This document shows, piece after piece, positions 61,453 to 64,000 of a stretch of 64,000 nt of DNA. Origin of the DNA: Octopus vulgaris (Eukaryota). Location of the stretch: the NCBI GenBank assembly GCA_951406725.2, contig OX597817.1, positions 112,344,001 through 112,408,000 of the forward strand. Direction: 5' to 3'. A model generated the notes under the pieces. That model was not told the DNA's origin, did no database searches, and saw nothing but the letters and a program-made list of their open reading frames with translations. How positions within the stretch are numbered: position 1 is the stretch's first letter; each line of letters opens with the position of its first letter. Both the position numbers and the translations under genes were made by a program.

Positions 61453-64000
61453 CAGGCTTCTTTCAGTTTCTGTCTACCAAATCCACTCACAAAGCTTTGG
61501 TCTGCCTGGGTATGGTACAAGACACCTAAGGTACCATTCAGTGGGATTGAACCTGGAACTATGTGGTTGGGAAGCAAGCTTCTTACCACACAGCCATGCT
61601 TGTACCTGCATTTTGATTATTATATCCATCCATCAATTCATCTATCTTCTCTGCCCACTATTCCAAGGAGGGTGTTGGGGTAGAATCCTCTGGCACCTCA
61701 TCCGAAAGGTCCTATTAGAAGCAACCATCATCAGACTTTCTTGACTGGATTCCCAAGTGTAACAAACTGACACTATGGCTATTATCCAACCATCTCATTA
61801 TTGGTCTACCCCTAGACATCCTACCAGTTGGCTCAGCTTGAAGAATCCATCTTGTGATTCTTTTCTAAAGTATTGTAATCACATGTTCATATTACTGGTG
61901 CTGTGACTTCTTAATATGAAGAAGTAGTGGCTCAACCTGGAGAGACGCCCTGATCTCCAAGATACACACCCTGTCAAGTAACATAACCCCAGAAATCCTT
62001 TGAAGAATAGTAGTCATTTCCTTTGGTGTCTAGACAGAAGCAAATAGGAAATAACTCTTACTGACTAAAGACAAAAAAATTTAAATTTTGTTGCATTGTG
62101 TTATACCTGAATGATAGTTGTCTGAGGTAATGCTATAGCTATTTAGAAACTATGCCCATATATGGAGCATATTAAGTATGTGATGTAGATGGAAAAGCCT
62201 AAAAACCATTAGAATTCACTCAGTGTAAGTGAAAAAATACATGAAAATTTAATTATTTTCTGCCACTGGCTGAAGATAAAATTTGGACAAAGTACATCTA
62301 CAGCTAGTCTCTTCAGATAGTTTACTTATTTTAAAGCCTCAATGATAAGACAGATTACCTGAACTATCTCCAGATAACCACATGAAGAATTGTCACCCCA
62401 GCACTCTGTGAAATGCCATGTGTTTTCTGTTGTAGCCCCAGGCTGACTAAAAAAAAAAAAATAGAAATAAAAACTTTGTTACACAGTGTTATTACTAATG
62501 CAATTAGAGCACAAGGAGCAGTATCTTATTGGAATCTCTTACTTTACAAATCTCATAATTTCTTGATCACTAACTATTTAAACTAACTATTTCATACATA
62601 GATTACCAATACTCAGGCTTTTTGGAAATGGGCCAAGAATGATCTTGTTGATGGTCTCCGGGCCACTAAATACTACAATGGTGCACCACCTCTTATGTTG
62701 CGTGGCTATATGAGTGATAAAACATCAAGGATTATGGGATATGCAGTCATGAGACAACTCAGAGCCACCACAAGTAAGTAATCACTTTTGAGAATAAAAG
62801 GTACTGAATTTGTGTAAGTGTTTATGTGAAATATCTTTATTAATAAATGTTCCTTCTCAAGTCATGCCAGGCTCATAAGGGCCGGTTTTCCGGTTTCAGT
62901 GACGTAGGAATTCCCCACCTGGATGGGATGCCTGTCCATCGCAGGATTACTCATTTTTGCCAGCTGAGTGGACGAAAATGTTAAATGAAGTGTTTTGCTC
63001 AAGAACGCAACACATCACCCGGTCCAGGAATCGACACCACAACTTTACAATCATGAATTCAACATCCTAACCACTAAGCCACGTGCTGCCACAAATATCT
63101 TTATTGATGTTCTGTAGTAGTATGTGAAAAGAATATATATACATACACACATATGCACACATATATATATACACACACACACACTCAATCATATACATAC
63201 ATACATACTTGGCACTCTGTTGCTCATGAAATTAGTGTGCAAGTGACTGAGCACTTCACAGGCACACATTCCTTTAATGTAGTTCCCAAGGAGTTTCAGT
63301 GTGACACAGAATATGACAAGATCATCCCTTTGAAATATAGGTATTATTCATTTTTGCCAGCTGAGTGGACTGGACCACTGTGAAATAAAGCATCTTGCTC
63401 AAGGACACAGTGCACCTCTGAGAATTGAACTTGTGGTCATGATCCAAATACCATAACCACTGAGCCATGTACTCTGTATGTATATATTGCTAGTATCATA
63501 AGAATTTTTATAAAATTCAAGAGAACATGAAATAATTTTTTTAAAACATTGGATCTTGAAGCAGATAAGCTATAAATAATAGCATGTAAATCCTGGGTAA
63601 AAAAAAACCCTTTGGACAGAAAATGTCGAAGGTTGCCTGTGGAAAATGGTAGGACATCTGTTATGTTTACAGATGTGCATTTGTGTCCCATAAAGATTTT
63701 TAAACTCATTTGCACACTATTATTTATAGATTATCAGCTTCAAGAGCCAACATTCTAAAACAAAACAATTATTTCACACACATACACACTTAAATATATA
63801 TATATTAGTAGAAGGATTATATATTAGTAGAAAGCACTTATTGTAATTGTTGTTTTTATGATGTAACAAATTTTTCAGTATTTTCAAATTAATTCTTGTG
63901 TTCCTTATTTTTACAGAACAGTGTAAAATTGCCAAGCAGTTTGAATCACTTGGTTTAGACTGTCATAAAGAGTATTCACTCTTTAATGAAGACAAGGAAA
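1380..64000 (+). CDS. PKD1-like: Spliced polycystin-1 family gene (PKD1-like/PKD1L/PKDREJ-like), partial at both ends; 24 exons traced
   Basis: The exons join in consistent phase into one ORF with REJ motifs, GPS ([14 protein letters not shown]), TM1, PLAT ([28 protein letters not shown]), HLWFSV..FTRLQR, FPWWC, EPIKV and TOP (FWKW..MRQLR). Exact orthology is not resolved. Confidence 0.95.
1890..2300 (-). mobile_element. RTE-clade LINE 3' fragment
   Basis: [26 protein letters not shown]. Confidence 0.75.
2515..2885 (-). mobile_element. SINE-like family E, (GAT)n-tailed; other copies about 15480-15635 +, 23590-23950 -, 25543-25797 -, 42490-42860 +, 46440-46570 +
   Basis: Recurring core gctggatgcccttcctaatgccaaccactcc ending in (CAT/GAT)n. 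Confidence 0.65.
3212..3469 (+). CDS. Polycystin exon 2, REJ domain
   Basis: ttttgcag|...g|gtaag; ...[36 protein letters not shown], a typical REJ motif. Confidence 0.93.
3703..4020 (-). mobile_element. tRNA-derived SINE family B; copies about 14329-14575 -, 27307-27616 +, 45997-46407 -, 62852-63092 -, 63210-63472 -
   Basis: Shared body (ctcatgaaattaacg, cagctgagtgaactggagcaa, gtcttgctcaaggacac); A/B-box head visible at 27313-27360. Confidence 0.75.
4960..5145 (-). mobile_element. RTE-like LINE 3' remnant
   Basis: Reverse strand [13 protein letters not shown]...VEALC. Confidence 0.5.
5786..5955 (+). CDS. Polycystin exon 3, REJ domain
   Basis: tttttcag|...aca|gtaagt; [26 protein letters not shown]. 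Confidence 0.92.
6248..6460 (-). mobile_element. tRNA-derived SINE family A; copies about 32160-32512 -, 33455-33672 -, 50639-50853 +, 50897-51100 +, 58683-58893 +, 59333-59445 -
   Basis: Conserved gagttcaaattc..gactttgcctttcatcc..taagtaccagttg; short flanking duplication ctct(c/a)agcatct. Confidence 0.8.
6610..7010 (-). mobile_element. SINE family D with internal (TA/TG)n; copies about 9537-9770 +, 14185-14315 +, 14710-14925 +, 17860-18075 +, 22435-22862 +, 47505-47670 +, 61450-61608 -
   Basis: Shared ggttcagtcccactg..gggcaagtgtcttctactatag..gtgagtggatttggtagatggaaactg; 3' taacttagcagtttggcaaaa. Confidence 0.75.
7179..7347 (+). CDS. Polycystin exon 4 (alternative donor possible at 7329)
   Basis: ttttag|gtt; [20 protein letters not shown]...[14 protein letters not shown]; phase 0 in, phase 1 out. 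Confidence 0.85.
7656..7910 (+). mobile_element. tRNA(Arg)-like SINE family C, 3'-truncated
   Basis: A box ggcctagtggttagagc and B box ggttctaatc; near-identical to 57410-57716. Confidence 0.8.
8308..8515. mobile_element. pogo/Tigger-type MITE
   Basis: TA|CCGTATTTACCAGCATATAAGACAC...GTGTCTTATATGCCAGCATATATGG|TA. Confidence 0.75.
9948..10190 (+). mobile_element. R4/Dong-like 3' end in a TAA array
   Basis: [24 protein letters not shown], then UTR and (TAA)n. Confidence 0.65.
10186..10374 (+). repeat. (TAA)n microsatellite
   Basis: Read directly; source of the poly-N/I/L ORFs. Confidence 0.95.
10375..10578 (+). mobile_element. R4/Dong-like 3' end in a TAA array
   Basis: [22 protein letters not shown], then UTR and (TAA)n. 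Confidence 0.7.
10580..11478 (-). mobile_element. Four head-to-tail SINE family A copies separated by (TAA/CAA)n
   Basis: Units at about 10580-10760, 10798-11010, 11049-11240 and 11265-11478. Confidence 0.85.
11862..12631 (-). mobile_element. Non-autonomous mariner with about 220-bp inverted ends
   Basis: TA|CGAGGGGAAGTCAA...TTGACTTCCCCAAG|TA; internal LLHDNA..H..YSPDLTP. Confidence 0.88.
13438..13800 (-). mobile_element. REL-type non-LTR retrotransposon 3' end inside a (TACA)n array
   Basis: [37 protein letters not shown]; (TATG)n on both sides. Confidence 0.6.
13800..14050 (+). repeat. (TATG)n/(TGCA)n microsatellite
   Basis: Read directly. Confidence 0.95.
15670..16000 (+). mobile_element. 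Degenerate R4/Dong-like zinc-knuckle fragment
   Basis: [23 protein letters not shown] resembles the CCHC region upstream of REL. Confidence 0.5.
16094..17768 (+). mobile_element. Decayed Mutator-like (MULE) transposon
   Basis: [47 protein letters not shown]; in-frame stops; 15-bp subterminal tandem repeats (ggacaaagtgacgtt) at 17655-17765. Confidence 0.88.
18370..19700 (-). mobile_element. Decayed Tc1/mariner (maT-like) transposon
   Basis: TA|CAGGGTGTT...GAACACCTTG|TA; [25 protein letters not shown] and [16 protein letters not shown]. Confidence 0.82.
18841..19335. mobile_element. pogo/Tigger-type MITE nested in the maT-like element
   Basis: TA|CTGTAAATCC...GAGGATTTACGT|TA; the host transposase sequence resumes across it. 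Confidence 0.75.
20401..20483 (+). CDS. Polycystin exon 5
   Basis: ttctatag|...gtg|gtaagt; [27 protein letters not shown]; phase 1 to 0 bridges exons 4 and 6. Confidence 0.75.
20981..21877 (-). mobile_element. Internally deleted mariner; a solo end of the same family lies at about 36215-36353
   Basis: TA|TGAGGTGATATCAAAAG...CTTTTGATACTACCTCA|TA; [18 protein letters not shown] and [10 protein letters not shown]. Confidence 0.9.
23285..23365 (+). CDS. Polycystin exon 6
   Basis: attatag|...aaa|gtatgt; [27 protein letters not shown]; phase 0/0. Confidence 0.75.
26746..26871 (+). CDS. Polycystin exon 7 (helical region/GAIN-A)
   Basis: ttttacag|...cag|gtaaga; [42 protein letters not shown]. Confidence 0.9.
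27951..28076 (+). CDS. Polycystin exon 8
   Basis: ttccag|...gag|gtgatt; [42 protein letters not shown]. Confidence 0.9.
28241..29507 (+). mobile_element. Near full-length decayed Tc1-like (DD34E) transposon
   Basis: TA|CAGGGGTTGGACAAAATAATGGAAACACCT...AGGTGTTTCCATTATTTTGTCCAACTTCCG|TA; [37 protein letters not shown]; frameshifts. Confidence 0.93.
30573..30669 (+). CDS. Polycystin exon 9
   Basis: atgtag|...a|gtaagt; [32 protein letters not shown]. Confidence 0.85.
30972..31032 (+). ncRNA. Type I hammerhead ribozyme motif in a fold-back repeat
   Basis: GAUAG-CUGAAGA-GAUGGC..GCCAUUC-GAAA-CUCAGAG-UU/UUAUC; helices I, II and III pair by eye. Confidence 0.65.
32792..32868 (+). CDS. Polycystin exon 10
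   Basis: ttattag|...gaa|gtaagc; [25 protein letters not shown]; phase 1 to 0. Confidence 0.82.
34114..34359 (+). CDS. Polycystin exon 11, GAIN
   Basis: ttcttag|...gaa|gtaaga; [29 protein letters not shown]...FDLPDWC. Confidence 0.92.
34603..34760 (-). repeat. Penelope pseudo-LTR (inverted) with a mutated minimal hammerhead at 34657-34702
   Basis: Reverse strand GACAC-CTAATGA-AGGCTG..CAGCT-GAAA-CGTT; same family as 50113-50568. Confidence 0.7.
34760..36205 (+). mobile_element. Penelope-like element, decayed reverse transcriptase
   Basis: [79 protein letters not shown]; in-frame stops. Confidence 0.92.
36921..37798. mobile_element. Fold-back mariner derivative made of two 5' ends
   Basis: TA TSD; about 370-bp inverted arms, each encoding a Mos1-type HTH start ([31 protein letters not shown]). 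Confidence 0.88.
37982..38372 (+). CDS. Polycystin exon 12, GAIN
   Basis: cacctag|...g|gtaag; [11 protein letters not shown]...EPIEIIIPR...SLHIEIRP. Confidence 0.93.
39824..40086 (+). CDS. Polycystin exon 13, GAIN and start of GPS
   Basis: ttccag|...tat|gtaagt; ...[27 protein letters not shown]. Confidence 0.95.
40590..40817 (+). CDS. Polycystin exon 14, GPS cleavage site and TM1
   Basis: ttttag|...aag|gttatt; [33 protein letters not shown]...[21 protein letters not shown]. Confidence 0.96.
42357..42458 (+). CDS. Polycystin exon 15, start of PLAT
   Basis: ctttag|...aaa|gtaagt; [34 protein letters not shown]. Confidence 0.95.
43529..43644 (+). CDS. Polycystin exon 16, PLAT
   Basis: tttcag|...ag|gttagt; [38 protein letters not shown]. 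Confidence 0.95.
44030..44445 (+). mobile_element. Helentron/Helitron-associated non-autonomous element (DINE-like)
   Basis: caaatttgagtgcaatcggatg..gagatcctag..(GACA)n..ttttatata 3' structure. Confidence 0.5.
44618..44783 (+). CDS. Polycystin exon 17, PLAT
   Basis: cctag|...cag|gtaagt; [55 protein letters not shown]. Confidence 0.96.
45314..45632 (-). mobile_element. RTE-clade LINE 3' end in (TA)n
   Basis: [39 protein letters not shown]; tail repeat gatcaaggt. Confidence 0.82.
46620..47085 (-). repeat. Tandem duplicated about 250-bp unit containing a tRNA-like sequence
   Basis: Reverse strand TAGCT(T/C)AATGGTAGAGC..GAGTTC(G/A)ATTC at 46706-46778 and 46961-47033. Confidence 0.7.
48884..49156 (+). 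CDS. Polycystin exon 18, TM2
   Basis: ccatag|...acg|gtaaaa; VDRIIPVAG...[41 protein letters not shown]. Confidence 0.96.
49394..50100 (-). mobile_element. R4/Dong-like 3' end with (TAA)n tail
   Basis: [46 protein letters not shown]; tail at 49394-49451. Confidence 0.82.
50113..50568. repeat. About 450-bp palindrome of two Penelope-type pseudo-LTRs, each with a hammerhead motif
   Basis: Arms are reverse complements about a centre near 50315; HHR motifs at 50168-50213 (-) and 50451-50493 (+). Confidence 0.78.
51160..52285. repeat. Tandem pair of an about 550-bp unclassified element in (TTA)n; partial copy at 414-517
   Basis: 51160-51716 and 51741-52285 align end to end (gagtgagagagcagtgcatg...ccactgcctggtact). 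Confidence 0.85.
53224..53455 (+). CDS. Polycystin exon 19, TM3 and cytoplasmic loop
   Basis: ttttag|...g|gtcagt; [28 protein letters not shown]. Confidence 0.93.
53499..53710 (+). mobile_element. SINE family A copy with an 18-bp target-site duplication
   Basis: aataatattgctttataa at 53481-53498 and 53711-53728. Confidence 0.9.
54167..54441 (+). CDS. Polycystin exon 20, TM4-TM5
   Basis: ctttag|...aaa|gtaagt; [17 protein letters not shown]...FYGITFG...[20 protein letters not shown]. Confidence 0.95.
55324..55444 (+). CDS. Polycystin exon 21, end of TM5 and acidic loop
   Basis: ctcag|...g|gtaaac; [40 protein letters not shown]. Confidence 0.92.
55786..56005. mobile_element. piggyBac-type MITE
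   Basis: TTAA|CCCTTTAGCATT...AATGCTAAAAGG|TTAA. Confidence 0.85.
56090..57330 (-). mobile_element. Decayed RTE-like LINE 3' region
   Basis: Reverse strand [23 protein letters not shown]; heavily degraded upstream. Confidence 0.6.
57410..57716 (-). mobile_element. Full-length tRNA(Arg)-like SINE family C with TSD
   Basis: Head ggcctagtggttagagcagcggactcgcggtc..ggttcaaatc; flanked by cag(t/c)tccctcattt. Confidence 0.88.
59168..59333. repeat. Inverted-repeat arm pairing with 62304-62474
   Basis: tagtcagcctggggctacaacagaaaacacatgg... is the reverse complement of ...ccatgtgttttctgttgtagccccaggctgacta. Confidence 0.88.
60663..60907 (+). CDS. Polycystin exon 22, TM6 (S1 of the channel-like domain)
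   Basis: ctgcag|...gaa|gtaagt; [43 protein letters not shown]. Confidence 0.95.
61620..62010 (-). mobile_element. RTE-like LINE 3' remnant
   Basis: Reverse strand [33 protein letters not shown]. Confidence 0.7.
62602..62773 (+). CDS. Polycystin exon 23, TOP domain
   Basis: catag|...a|gtaagt; [27 protein letters not shown]...[13 protein letters not shown]. Confidence 0.95.
63917..64000 (+). CDS. Polycystin exon 24 (cut by window end), TOP domain
   Basis: ttttacag|; [27 protein letters not shown]. Confidence 0.9.

Overview
AT-rich, microsatellite- and TE-dense animal genomic DNA. The SINE families and repeat landscape suggest a coleoid cephalopod, probably Octopus (inference). One intron-rich + strand gene spans the whole window: a polycystin-1 family receptor (PKD1/PKD1L/PKDREJ-like). 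I traced 24 GT-AG exons with consistent phases (about 4.3 kb, about 1430 aa, open at both ends) encoding REJ, GAIN/GPS (CFCNHM|TAF), TM1, PLAT, TM2-6 and the start of the TOP domain. The introns hold decayed mariner, Tc1, maT, pogo, piggyBac, MULE and Helentron-like DNA elements; RTE and R4/Dong LINE 3' ends; a Penelope-like RT fragment; and at least five SINE-like families. The most notable signals are: (1) fold-back elements carrying minimal type I hammerhead-ribozyme motifs, one with an intact core on the pre-mRNA strand and some with tRNA-like Pol III boxes, linked to the Penelope element; (2) two candidate 9-nt in-frame microexons followed by TGCATG clusters, plus a candidate 72-nt cassette exon; (3) many long inverted repeats, including a pair bracketing one exon; (4) microsatellite-targeted retroelement arrays with strand polarity. 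Nearly all ORFs in the supplied track are repeat or intron noise. Repeat boundaries were read by eye and are approximate.
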